Positions 23,101 to 42,355 of a stretch of DNA of 64,000 nucleotides are shown one piece after another (within the stretch, counting starts at the first letter, position 1; each line of letters begins with the position of its first letter). Source of the stretch: Mobula birostris (taxonomy: Eukaryota); contig NC_092391.1 of NCBI RefSeq assembly GCF_030028105.1, positions 41,947,223-42,011,222 on the forward strand, read 5' to 3'. Under the pieces are notes generated by a model, which was not told the DNA's origin, searched no databases, and saw nothing but the letters and a program-made list of their open reading frames with translations. The position numbers and the translations under genes are program-made.

Positions 23101-26100
23101 ATGGAGGTCGTGTTTGAGGACGTGATTTTAAGTTCTTTAACTCTACCTGTTTCCAAGTTAGCCCATTGCTTCGCTTTGCTTTTAGTTTAGTTGCACGGTG
23201 GGTTTTTTTGGGGTTTTTTTTCCGTTTCTCTATTGATATATATATATAAATTAGTATACTATTATGTTACCTTAGTATGTTATGTTTAAATTACATTGTT
23301 TGTATCACTTTTTTTCTGTATTAGTATTTCCTGTAATTTTATTATATTCTAACAGTGTATTAGTGCCTATATGGCTTACCCTTTTGTATACTTATTCAAT
23401 AAAAAGATTTAAAAAGAAAGGAAATGAAAGAAGCCAAGAAAGGGAATTTGCATTATTATGCTTTTCGTGATCTCAAGGCATCCAAACCACTATCAACGTC
23501 AAAAACTCACGGTTGAGAAAGATTACAGTATTAAACCTCTTTGACTTGAGTCTTCCTGTTTAGTCTTGCTCAGTGAGTAATTTTGTCATGGTAGAGCTGG
23601 ACTTTCTAGAAATTATATAGAGATTACTTGGACATTTCACATAAAATCCAACAATTAGACAGATTTCATGCCTTTCTTTGAAATTAATTCTAAACAAGGT
23701 TTTAATTCTAGAGAGCCTGCTGTGCAATCTTCTTATCCAATCCTCTATAGTTTCTTTGGTGTAAATGCATTTTATTTCATTGATTTCTATTCATTTCACT
23801 TGGGCATAATCATCTGTACATGACCAATTTACTAGTACTTTGTTTTACTCGCTTATCTCTTAAAACTCTAACCATTGACTGGCTTGTGTTTTTGAACTGG
23901 TGCTGCCAGACATTCAGACGCATAATCAAAACAGAAAGTGATGGAACTGTTCAACAGGCCTAACAACATTTGTGAGGAGAGAAACAGAATCTGTGTTTCA
24001 GTTCAGTGACCTTTCATGAAGCCATTATTTACTTGGAGGATTAAAGTACAAGCATCTATTGTACAATTTTTTTTAAAGTTAAATTTCTTCAATCCTTACT
24101 AAAGAATCTTCTTGCAAAGTTGAGAGCTGTCTCCATATTAGTGTGTTGCTGTAGGGCGTATTAAAATAATGCATGTCTTCACAGTGCAAATAATTTTGCA
24201 ATGAAGAGCAAGAGGAAAACACTGAGTGCCTCTGATGTGCTTGCAGCGATGGAAGAGATGGAGTTTGATCGCTTCATTACTCCACTGAAAGATGCATTGG
24301 AAGGTGAGAAGTTGTGACATACTGATCAGACTATTTAACTTATTAAGTTGCATTAGTTTTTGATACAAAGCCAAAGACAAGATCATTCTATATGTGTAAG
24401 TCTAAATACAGATTTGTCACATCTTAAACATTGACTGGCATGTGTTTTTGAACTGGTTCTGCCAGACATTCAGACGCATAATCAAAACAGAAAGTGATGG
24501 AACTGTTCAACAGGCCTAACAACATTTGTGAGAATAGTTGAGAATAGTGAGAATTTTTCCTGACACGAAAAAAATGGTTGAAGTGAATTGGGAGTTTACA
24601 TTGTTTAGTCATTTAGAAATGCTAAATCTAGTACCCCTACAATCATGTTTGTTTGCCTCTCAATCCAAGTTTGAACACTTCTTTATTTGATAGCCCACAT
24701 TTTCACTAGTTTTGTGTACTTGATGGGTAGCACAGTAGCATAGCAGTTAGTGCAATTCTTTACAGCTCCAGCAACCACTGATTGGGGTTTGATTTCCACC
24801 CCTGTCTATAAGGAGCTTGTATGTTCTCCCACAACCACATAGATTCCCCTCTGGGTGCTCTGGTTTCGTCCCATTTTCCAAAAACATATGGTTAGGATTA
24901 GTGAGTTGTGGGTGTGATAAATGTTGGCGCCAAAAGTATAGCAGCAATCCTCGGACTGCTGTTTGTTGACATAGGAGGTGCATTTCACTCTGCTTTGATA
25001 TGTATATAACGAATAGAGTTAATCTTTTTTTTAATGATTAGAGTGTAACAATGTGTTATTTCAGGTACTCAGATCAAAATGGGGTGCCATGGTAGCACCC
25101 AATGGTTAGTGGTTAGGGCAACACTATTACAGCTCAGGGCATTCAGAGCTTGGAGTTCAATTCTGGCGTCCTCTGTAAGGAATCACATGGGATTCCTCCA
25201 GGTGCTCTGGTTCTATCCCACAGTCCAAAAACATATCAGTTTGTAGGTTGGTTAGTAATTTGAGTAGACTGTTGGGCCAGAAAGGTTCGTTCTGCTAATT
25301 GCTTGTCATTTCAGAAACTCAATTGTGATGTGGGGAGGAAATCTCGTCACTGATTGGTTGCATGGTGAACTTTGTGCATTATGGTCTGGAATTTAGCCTG
25401 CATTGGCTTATAAATAGGATCAAGATCTACATGTTTGTTTGCAGAAAACCACACTTCTGGGAATTCTCTTGCATGTTGCCTTGGAGATTGAGAAGGGCAG
25501 AAATTCGACTGGACATCTCATGATGTCTCCTCGTATGGTGACGAAATATTTACATGTTAATTGCCAAGATCAGAGAACAACTCAACCCAACCAGGTTTTC
25601 ACACCTATAAAACAAAATGTCTGGATATAGAGTTTATCTAACCTGCTGCTTGTGTGGATTTATAAAACAATGTCTAAACACTAATGGCCTTGGAAGATGT
25701 GGAAGCAAAATGGGAAAATTAGAGCAGTGCCTACAGATTAAACCTCATAATCTTGAGCCTAAGCCCATGCTCAAATATGCATCTTGCATCATTGTGATTT
25801 TTTTTTTGAGCCAACACCAGATATAGTTTTCCAAGGCATTAAAACATACAGCTGTGAGAATAAATTTTGGAAGGAAGACTATTTCCAGTAAGTTGTTAGA
25901 AAAGTCATTAAGTATAAGTGATAGAAATCAAATGCCTTTTGTTGTTACATGGAATGTTTTTAAGAGTTTCCCAAATGTCCTTTTCCTGCTGTATATGACT
26001 GCATTTTCTTTAAACATGTTTTCTTTGTCTTATCGACTCTTACAATTACTGAAAACATTCTGGATAATTTCTGTTGCTCCACGTCAGCTTTGTAGTTAAC

Positions 26101-26681
26101 TTGCATTTTATGTAATTCTTCTGTCCTGTTTCTAATTCATTTTTTTATACTTGTACTATACACAATTAATTGCTTTCCTTCTTCACTGAGGCTTGAGTGA
26201 TCCAATTTTTGTGAATTGCTGATACCTGGCCAAAGTTTTCTGATGAAGGGCACAAGAGACTGCAGATGTTGGAATCAAGAGCAACAAACAATCTAATGGA
26301 GGAACTCAGCAGGCTGAGCATCATTTGTGAAGGGTTGGGAGAGAATTTGCATCAGGACGTGGTTTCAACCCACAACATTGAGTTCTTCCCACATGCACGG
26401 GGGCTGTCTGAACACTTAGATCCTCCAACAGATTTTGTTTCCAAAGGTTGCTGGTAATTGAAATCTAAAGTGATCCTTTTCCTCTCCCCACAGCTTACAA
26501 GCGAGAGCAGAGAGGAAAGAAAGAAGCTTCAGAACAGAAGAAGAAGGACAAGAAGCCTGAGAATGAGGAACATGACAAGAGTAAAGAAGATGAGAATGAG
26601 GAAGATACAGAAGAGTTAAAAATGGTGGAAGATGATGAGCAAAAAGAAGTTGAAAATGAGGAAGAGGATGTTGAAAACTGA
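14078..26681 (+). CDS. POLE3: DNA polymerase epsilon subunit 3 (CHRAC17), spliced CDS join(14078..14143,17445..17530,24185..24303,26494..26681), 152 aa
   Basis: Hand-spliced translation [111 protein letters not shown]...EEEDVEN*. Histone-fold protein with acidic tail. All introns GT-AG, phases consistent (66+86+119+188=459 nt). Confidence 0.97.
14279..15429 (-). mobile_element. 5'-truncated Penelope-like element (RT C-terminus + GIY-YIG endonuclease remnant + 3' end with hammerhead)
   Basis: Frameshifted ORF pieces [11 protein letters not shown] and [34 protein letters not shown] (GIY-YIG). 11-bp TSD TAGATGTACAA at 14268-14278 and 15430-15440. Confidence 0.88.
14369..14406 (-). ncRNA. Minimal type I hammerhead ribozyme motif in PLE 3' end
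   Basis: CAGUC CUGACGA A GGG UUCCGG CCC GAAA C GUU GACUG: stem I CAGUC/GACUG, conserved core, stem II GGG/CCC, palindromic ACGU stem III. Confidence 0.75.
16248..16450 (-). mobile_element. Probable LTR remnant with adjacent polypurine tract
   Basis: TGTGAA...TTCACA termini (16248-16438), minus-strand GAAGGAGGAGG directly abutting, minus-strand AATAAA inside. Confidence 0.45.
17200..17413 (+). mobile_element. PLE-derived hairpin mini-element (81-bp inverted arms + 3' tail)
   Basis: Arms 17200-17280 and 17295-17375 (3 mismatches). 15-bp TSD TGATTGTATTAATCT at 17185-17199 and 17414-17428. Confidence 0.9.
17255..17290 (-). ncRNA. Minimal hammerhead ribozyme motif
   Basis: AGUC CUGACGA A GGGUCUCGGCCC GAAA C GUC AACU (one stem I mismatch). 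Confidence 0.65.
17445..17530 (+). CDS. POLE3: POLE3 coding exon 2
   Basis: ttttcttctctttag|[28 protein letters not shown]|gtaaga. Confidence 0.97.
17675..23419 (+). mobile_element. Outer L1 LINE (5'-truncated ORF2, 17675-18087 + 21121-23419) interrupted by a second L1
   Basis: 15-bp TSD GGAAATGAAAGAAGC at 17660-17674 and 23420-23434. RT motifs [28 protein letters not shown]; C-terminal CxxC..HMFWSC; AATAAA and A/GAAA tail. Confidence 0.92.
18088..21104 (+). mobile_element. Inner L1 LINE (5'-truncated, same family)
   Basis: 16-bp TSD GAAATGTTTAATTTTA at 18072-18087 and 21105-21120. ORF2 from linker ([11 protein letters not shown]) to C-terminus, 3'UTR, AATAAA and (GAAA)n tail. Confidence 0.92.
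23873..24532 (+). repeat. 104-bp direct repeat (23873-23976 / 24429-24532) flanking POLE3 coding exon 3
   Basis: Copies differ at only 2 positions; 556 bp start-to-start. Confidence 0.9.
24185..24303 (+). CDS. POLE3: POLE3 coding exon 3
   Basis: ttcacag|[39 protein letters not shown]|gtgaga. Confidence 0.97.
24724..25290 (+). mobile_element. Two tandem degenerate V-SINEs (~24724-25030, ~25081-25290)
   Basis: tRNA-like heads and V-domain remnants. Confidence 0.65.
26494..26681 (+). CDS. POLE3: POLE3 last coding exon (acidic tail, TGA 26679-26681)
   Basis: cctctccccacag|[21 protein letters not shown]...EEEDVEN*. Confidence 0.96.
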
Positions 26682-26963
26682 GGGACTTGCTAATGACTAC
26701 ATGTGACTGAAATAGGAATGACATATTTGGGAATTAGCAGTGATCAAAAGCATTATTGCGATGCATTCCTACAGCTCTGTTTAAGGGCTTTATATATTTG
26801 GTTGGTACCACTAAGGAAGAGTTAGTGGGTCAACTTTCTCTGATTTTGTACAGTTGGATGAAATTGAAATCTTTTCTATTTAGTTAATCATTTGAGTTTT
26901 TTTTTAAAACAATGTTTGAACAATGCATTCTGAAGTATACCTTTTTTTGCACTCTTAATTGTT

Positions 26964-26969
26964 AATAAA
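26964..26969 (+). terminator. Probable POLE3 polyadenylation signal AATAAA
   Basis: First canonical AATAAA about 280 nt after the stop codon, following a U-rich 3'UTR. Confidence 0.65.
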
Positions 26970-27260
26970 ATAGTAATAGGAACCTGGAATTGACTATACT
27001 AATTTACAAGGTGGCACCTATATACAGTAATTATTGGTTTATATATGGTGGGTCAATTGTCATTGTAATGTTTGTGTGTATAATTACATGGGAGCTATTG
27101 GAAGATTATTTGTGGTTGCTGATTATTAGCCAAGTTACATTAATTGGTCAACAAATCCCAGCCTGCTTCTGCAACTGTTCACTATACAATTGGTGGTAAA
27201 GGCTGATATTGTGCAGTACATAGACCACAAGATATCCTGCACCCTGTGCCAGAAAGCACT

Positions 27261-28048
27261 CACACAAAATGCTGGAGGAACTCAGCAAGCCAGACAGCAT
27301 CTATGGAAAAGAGTAAATAGTCGACATTTTGGGCCATGACTCTTCATCAAGAGTGGAAAAGAAGGGGAGAAATTAGTAATAAGGTGGGGGGGACGGGAGG
27401 AAGAAGTGCAAGGTGGCAGTTGATAGGTGAAACCAGAAGAAGGGGAGGGGTGAAGTAACGAGCTGGGAAGTTGATTGATGAATGAGATAAAGGGCTGGAG
27501 AAGAGAATCTGATAAAAGACAGAAGACCGTGGAAGAAAGGGAAGGGGGAGAAGCACCAGAGGGAGGTGATGGGCAGGCAAGGAGATGGAGGTGAGCAAGG
27601 GAAACAGGAATGGGGAATGAAGAGAGGGGTGCAATTACTGGAAGTTTCTTTTCAACAAGAATTCAGTGAAACCCTCTCACTGCTCCCCGCCCCCACCAGT
27701 GACATCTGCTGCCCACTGGCTTCTACCTTCCAGTAAATGCACCCCCCCCCATTCCTGTTTCTCAGGAGCTCATTCCCACCCCCACCCCCCACCTTTCTTC
27801 CATGGTCTTCTGACCTATCAGAGTCCCCTTTATCTCTTTCACCAAACAACTTCCCAGCCCTTTGCTTCACCCATCACTTGCCACCTTGTACTCCTTCCTT
27901 CTCCACTTCCCTTCCAGTTCTGATGAAGGGTCTTGTCTGAAACCTTGACTGTTTAAATAATTCTATCCATGGATGCTGCCTGACCTGCTGAGTTCCTCCA
28001 GCATTTCGTGCACGTTGCTTTGGATTTCCAGCCTAACATTTTCTAATA
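27261..28048. mobile_element. Older PLE insertion made of two inverted ~390-bp 3' ends
   Basis: Purine-rich PLE 3' end (-) followed by a pyrimidine-rich copy (+) with degenerate CTGATGAAGGG..GAAA at about 27919-27945. Possible TSD CCAGAAAG(C/A)ACT at 27249-27260 and 28049-28060. Confidence 0.7.
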
Positions 28049-28746
28049 CCAGAAAGAACTGCAAGGTTCCTCGAGGGCATTCCAGCAGTGGCAGCTTTGA
28101 GGTTCAATGATGTAGTGGATGATACTCCAAGTAGCAGAACAACTTACATTGTGAATTGGATCATCTGCCAAGTGCATTGCAGCTACTAAACAAGGGATAA
28201 TGTAAAAGGCCACAGAATCAATAGTGCAAACCCTGCCATAATTTTTTTTAAAAAATGACTGCTGCCTTGAGTACTGTGTACAGACATTCAGAGTGGAATC
28301 CATCATAGCTATAACTCATCTGAGTGAATAGCATTATCGGTTGATACTGGGAAGCCTGGAATCTTGAAGTTGTGCACTCATTTAGCCCAGGGTTGTCTTG
28401 CAAAGGAGAATGAAACATATTTTAGAGTCTAAAACTCTGATACAACAGTACATCAACTGATATATTGTAGATATTTGGGTGACATTATGGCACAAATTGT
28501 AGAGGTGCTACCTCACAGCTGCAGAGGCTCCAGTTCAGTTTGGCCTGCAGAGCTGCCATGTGGATTTTGCAGTTTTTGCCTGTGACTATGTATTTTCTCT
28601 AGGTACTCTAGTTTCCACCTACATTACAAAGCTATTCAGTTGGCCAAAGCTGTAATTGGTCACTGTAAATCGTACCTAGTTTGGGTAGGGAGTTGATAGG
28701 AATGTGAGGAACAAAGGGTTACAAGAAAAAGTAGTGGGTAATAAGA

Positions 28747-28947
28747 GCAACACATGCTAAATACTGGAGGAACTCAGCAGGCCAGGCAACATCTATGGAA
28801 AAGAGTACAGTAGACATTTTGGGCTGAAACCCTTCAGCAGAACATCGACTGTACTCATTTCCATAGATGCTGCCTGGCCTGCTGAGTTCCTCCAGCATTT
28901 TGTGTGTGTTGCTATGATTTCCAGCATCTGCAGATTTTCTCATTTAT
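28747..28947 (+). mobile_element. PLE-derived hairpin mini-element
   Basis: Inverted arms plus tail. 15-bp TSD TAGTGGG(T/G)AATAAGA at 28732-28746 and 28948-28962. Confidence 0.85.
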
Positions 28948-29038
28948 TAGTGGGGAATAAGATTACTTTGTGTGCTGATTCGATGAGCTGAAAAAGGCAA
29001 AAAGGATAAAATCTCTGACCTAAACAGACAATGCAAGA

Positions 29039-29156
29039 CTCACAACACGCTGGAGGAACTCAGCAGGTCGGGCAGCATCCGTGGAAATGATCGGTCAATG
29101 TTTTGGGCCGGAACCTTTCACTTTGACCCCAGCATCTGCAGAGTATTTTGTGTGTG
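29039..29156 (+). mobile_element. PLE-derived mini-element (inverted arm + tail only)
   Basis: 14-bp perfect TSD CAGACAATGCAAGA at 29025-29038 and 29157-29170; same subfamily as the 14279 element. Confidence 0.85.
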
Positions 29157-29999
29157 CAGACAATGCAAGAATCTGACATTATCTTAACATCCACTTCTGG
29201 CCCTTTCTATTGACAAAGCTGTGCAGCCTCCCAACCACCACTGCCACTCCGTATCAGTAAATCTGAGTGCCTCCTGTAGACTTGCAACTATTCTTCAATC
29301 TTTGCTACCTGAAGCCAGACCACACTCTCCCATTCTAGTGTTCAGCTCAGTTTCCCATTGTCAAATCCTATGTACAGTGGATTCCCCAGTTAAGGACTGG
29401 AAAATACTTGGACACAGCTTGCATGGGGTAATCTAGAGCACTAATTGTAGGTGATTTACAGTTGAGACATGCTCAGGAACTTCAACTGAGACGCTTAACA
29501 CTACTGGGAATCAATAGCAATCAAGCACACTAATGGTACTTGGCTTTTGAAGAGGCCCAAAATCCACGATTTGCACACAGCGGTCCTTGGTGAACAAATC
29601 TTCAGCAGGCAGCCGTGTGTGAGTGAAGAGGTAGTGAGATGACACTATGGTTGCAAACTTGAGAAAATCTGTGTGGCATGATAGTTGGGGTCTTTTGAAT
29701 ATCTCAACACTAGCCGACACTTAATTTGTAATTATTAAGTGAAGCTGATGCATGGCAGCTGAGCCAAGTGAATGCACAGGCACCTTGTGAGAGATCTGGA
29801 GCCTTTCAGTGTTCCAGATGACCAGATCTAGAGTCCTTCATCTGCAGCAGTCTGAGCATTATGTTTCAGTCACAGTGGCGCATCTTTTGAGATAAGCATC
29901 TGCATATAACCACCATGTATAGATGAAAGCTACAATAGTCGTCTTCCAAGCTGACCTCAATCACTGACAATTTTCCCTTTTTATACATTGTTCACATCT

Positions 30000-32130
30000 C
30001 AGAGTGCAGCACCACAACATGGCAGTAATGCTAGGTGATTAATGGTGTAGTTGCATGTGATCTGCAGATGCTCTGTTTCAAGATAAAGGACATCAATGAA
30101 TAGCTAAGGAAGTCAGAAAAGCCAAAGGACATGGTCCACCTTAGTGCCAATGACATAGGGTAAGAGAAGGAAGCATAGCCTAGCAAGCTAGGAAAGGTCA
30201 AAAAGCAAAACCTCAAAGGTTGTAACCTTAGGATTATTTCCAGTGCACATGCTACTAACAACAAAACAGCAGATATTTGAAGCACTGGATTTTTTTTTTT
30301 TTTGCAGCATTTGAGACCTGTGAAAAATGAACAGGTTGATCTCAGAAGGGATGGGACCTACTTTCTCACAGGAGTTTGCAACTGGAGAGGATTTAAACTA
30401 AAAAAGTAGCAAGTGAAATAAATAGAAGCAAGTCAAATAGCAAAAGGGATTAAAGTACAGAACAATTCTAAAATGAACAAGATATAGAATCTGAATGCTG
30501 GCAAAATGGCAAATAAATTAATGGCACATGAAAAAACATCCATGACAACAGACTGAGCAAGGCTGTGAGCTAAATTTCAGGTTACTCAACATGAGAAGTA
30601 GAGAAGGAAAAGGAGTGGTTTAGAAAAAGGGAGATCTGTACAGTGGTGAGGAATAATCTTGCTGCGACAGATGATTAAGATTCATTTGGCCTGAGCAAGG
30701 CAAGAAAATTAGTTAAGGGCAGAAAATATTGAATAGAATTACTCATAGGCTAACAAATAGTTGTAATGTTGGGCACACAGCAAAAATCAAGAAATTTAGA
30801 TGTGTAACACTAATTATGAGACAACCTACATTTAGATTTTTTTTAACCAGCCGAAAATTGTGGAATTTATGGAATGTATGATACACAATTCTAGATCAAA
30901 TTGTTGAGGGATCTATTAGGTAAAAGGATACTTTGGATCCTTATTTTACATAGCAACCTGTGTTTAATTCTGCCATTGTAAGGAGTTTGTATGTCTCCAT
31001 GACCACGTGGATTTCCTCTGGTTTCCTCCCACATTCCAAAGACATACAGGTTAGTAGGTTCTGGTCACATGGGTGAAATTGGACAGACAAGCTAACTGGG
31101 CCAGATGTTGTGCTGTATTTCTAAATAAAAAATAATCTGATTGTCAAAGGGCAAGGGACCATGGCTGTATAATACAATGAACTTGAAAATATTTTTCAAA
31201 GCATAACCAAGGTCTTAAATCTAAACAAAATAGTGAAGATGCAAGTGGAAACTTAAGTGGTTGATTGAGAGAATACATTTAAAAGCATGACAGTGGACAA
31301 AATGCATAACAGTTGAATGCTTAAATTGCAAAAAAAAAAATTCCTTGAAGACAAAACCAAAAAGCCATTTATCCACAGCTGAGCAGAGGTTTATGAAGTT
31401 GCCAGAAATAAGCCTGAGGATGAGGAAGTTTTAAGAATTCAAGGGGCCATGAAATTAAGAAAAGGAAAACAGAGTGCTAGTGCAGACTATTGATAAATAG
31501 GGAAAATAGAACCATAAATTTTATTTAGAATTAATTTGTATTAGCCTTCATGGAATACAAAGCCTGTTACACATATTAAAGAATCAAGAGTCATGCCAGT
31601 ATGAGGAATTGAAAGTAGCTCATTAATAATACTGGAGTAATTGGCAACTTGAAAGCTGTTGGATCCCAAAGAATGATGACCCACATTCCACAATTTGAAA
31701 AGATGTTCTGATTATCTTCCAAGGCAGCATCGGTTCTGTAAATGTTAACTCCTTCACTGTTAGCCTGAAATCTGTAATGAAGGCTGTAATTACAGAGCAC
31801 CTGGCAAAGAACAGTATTAAACAGCCTTCCATTGATTGTGTTTCTTGTATTTACTGTCAATGCCTGCAAGAAAATGAATCTCAGGATTGTATATGGTGAC
31901 ACATATTGTATGTACTTTGATAATAAATTTACATTGAACTTTCAACATGCATTTGTGAGAGCCAGTCATTTTTGATTAAAATGCTAGGATATCACTAGAA
32001 TAGATAAGGGATTTCCAGTTGATATGGTGCCTTTGGATTTGCAAGATTTTCAATGAGATTCAGGGACTGTTCAAGTAAAATTTCATTGAAATGCAAAATT
32101 CTTAATGGATAGAGTAGTGGGGGGACATTC
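30000..32130 (+). mobile_element. Highly degraded CR1 remnant with small nested repeats
   Basis: Patchy similarity to the CR1 ORF1/ORF2 nucleotide pattern. Confidence 0.45.
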
Positions 32131-32793
32131 TCACAGATGTAGATACAAACCATAAAGATACTGCACCAGCATCTCTACTTACAGGATTGAAGACTGACAG
32201 ATGTCTACAGACGGAAAGCATTCTGACTTGTTTCACTCCTGGTATGGTAATTCCAATGTACAAAAACACAAAAGGCTACAAAGTAGTAGACTTGGCTGGT
32301 TCCATCACAGGTGCAGCTTCCTCACCAAGGACATTCACAAGAGGCAATGCCTTAGAAATGTGGCATTTGTCACCCACTACCACACTGCCCTCCTCAATGC
32401 TGCTGTCAGGAGCTGGAAGACTTGCACCTCAGTGTTCAACAAAAGCTTCATTCCCACTGCCATCAGATTCTTAAACAGTCCTGAAAAGCTTTAACTTTAC
32501 TTCAGACTGTTTATTTCCTCCAACCTGCACTGGATCTGTTTATGTATTTTGCATTTGAGTGTGTTATTTATGTTTGTCCATGTGACATATGCTGCTGCAA
32601 AAAGCTTATTTCCATAGTATCTATACCCTGGGTATTTACATCTATGATAACAACAAACAGACGAGCTTAGAACTTGGTCAAAACAAGTTAAATTTCTACA
32701 TCCAGAGCTAACAACAAATGTAATAGTCTATATACTGGAATAGACACCAGAGGAATAAAGACAATTGAAATTAGAAACGTTATCTCAAAAGAT

Positions 32794-32799
32794 TTTATT
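32794..32799 (-). terminator. RPL12 polyadenylation signal AATAAA
   Basis: AATAAA about 38 nt after the stop codon; short 3'UTR typical of ribosomal protein genes. Confidence 0.85.
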
Positions 32800-32836
32800 T
32801 TACTTTGCTGGGATCCTGATACCTGGCAGTTTCTCT

Positions 32837-40785
<7,949 letters not shown>

Positions 40786-40877
40786 CGCGCTGGCTTCGAC
40801 CTACAGAGGCGCACGGTTTAGGTGTCGGATGAACCCGGGTTCGGGACGACCGAAAATTAGTTACACCGTCACCGACG

Positions 40878-41018
40878 CGAAAGTGAAGAGGAAAATGCAA
40901 TCTCGCGCATTCATTTTATACAGGGGCCAAACCTCGCGATGTTTTTGAATGGCCCCACCGAGGCGCCATATTTGGTGAGGCAGAGAAGGTCGCAGCCGCT
41001 AGCCAACTTGCCGGAAGT
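40878..41018 (-). promoter_or_regulatory. RPL12 promoter: TCT/5'TOP initiator, TATA box, YY1 and GABP/ETS sites
   Basis: Minus strand TTTTCCTCTTCACTTTC (about 40879-40895) and TATAAAA 40914-40920, about 25-30 nt upstream. CGCCATATT (YY1, overlapping CCATATTTGG) 40964-40975 and CCGGAAGT 41011-41018. This is the canonical ribosomal-protein promoter motif set. Confidence 0.85.
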
Positions 41019-41035
41019 TGTCACAAAATATCAGA

Positions 41036-41199
41036 TCAAAGTTGCTGGTGACTCGATTGTACTTAGGGTTCCCTTAGGGTCTTGGCCCGAAACGTCGACT
41101 GTATGTCGTCGTCCTAGAGATGTTACCTGGCCTGCTGCGTTCACCAGCAACTTTGATGTGTGTTGCTTGAATTTCCAGCATCTGCAGAATTCCTGTTGT
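41036..41199 (+). mobile_element. PLE-derived mini-element in RPL12 upstream promoter
   Basis: 15-bp perfect TSD TCACAAAATATCAGA at 41021-41035 and 41200-41214. 17-bp inverted arm ATCAAAGTTGCTGGTGA / TCACCAGCAACTTTGAT. Confidence 0.88.
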
Positions 41200-41619
41200 T
41201 CACAAAATATCAGAGCTCACTTCGCAATGATCTTGCTCGGTAGTGTAAAAGGGGCAAAGGGATAGAGGGTGGTGCGTATATGGGATGCCGGAATAAAGGG
41301 GTGAGGCAGGTACATTAACAACGTTTTAAGGACTGGGGGGGCGGGGAGCGGAAAGTGCTAGAGGAATTTAGCAGGTCAGGCTGTATCTATGGAGAAGAAT
41401 AAATATTGGATGTACCGGGGCGGGATCATTCATCAGGACAGGAAACGAGACACTTAGTGGACTGTCCGGACTATCATCTAGAGCCTCAACCAGAAAAGTT
41501 GGCTGTCCATTTCCCTCCATTGATGCTACTTGACCCGCTGAATCCTCCAATTCCCTTTTTTTTTGCCTGTTGCTCCAGACTGCAGTATCTGCATTCTCTT
41601 CCATCTTTCCTTACGTGGT

Positions 41620-42355
41620 GAAGTTCAAAGTAAATTTATTATCAAAGTACAATCGTGTCACCATATACAACCGGAGATTCATTTTCTTGCGGGCAAAGCA
41701 ACACAATAGAATCAATGAAAAACTACACACAAAGCTAATCAAACAACCAATATGCAAAAGATAAACTTCAAATACAAACAAAATAATAAAGAATATTGTG
41801 AACATGAGTTGTAGAGTCCTTGAAAGTGAGTTGATAGGTTGAGGGAGCAGACCAACGCCTGAGTAAGTGAAGTTTTCCCCTCTGGTTCAAGAGCCTGATG
41901 ACTGAGGGGTAATAACTGTTTCTAAACCTGGGGCTCCTCTACCACCTTCTTGATGGCAACATGGCCTGGATGATTGCAGCCTCTGATGATAGATGCTGCT
42001 TTCCTGTGTGTACATATGCTCATCTGAGGGGAGGGTTACCCGTGATGGACTGGGCCGTATCCACTACTTTTTCTAAGATTTTCTGGCCAAGGGTATTGGT
42101 GTTTCCATACCAGGCCGTGATGCAACCAGTCTGGATAGTCCCCACCGTGCATCAATAGAAGTTTGCCAAAGTTTTAGATAACATGCTGAATAAGTACAAA
42201 CTTCTAAGGAAGTAGAGAAGCTGTCGTGTCTTCTTTGTGATGGCACCTACATGCTGGTCCCAGGACTGATCCTCTGAAATTATAACACCAAGGAATTTAA
42301 AGTTACCACCTCTGATGCCCTGATGAGGTCTGGCTCATGGACCTCCAGTTTCCTG
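41620..42355 (-). mobile_element. Rex1/Babar LINE 3' fragment
   Basis: Homologous to 6275-7200. Confidence 0.75.

Noticed and set aside
17675-23419. Simple tandem duplication or intact autonomous L1
   Set aside because: Two distinct TSD pairs show nesting. Both copies lack ORF1 and the endonuclease and have in-frame stops, so the 459-aa ORF is only the ORF2 C-terminus.
26416-26724. 102-aa minus-strand ORF
   Set aside because: Antisense shadow of the purine-rich POLE3 last exon.
41063-41080. Two TTAGGG hexamers at a PLE junction (telomere-repeat capture)
   Set aside because: The second is explained by CCCTT|AGGGT, the collapsed hairpin centre; only two non-tandem units, so chance is plausible.
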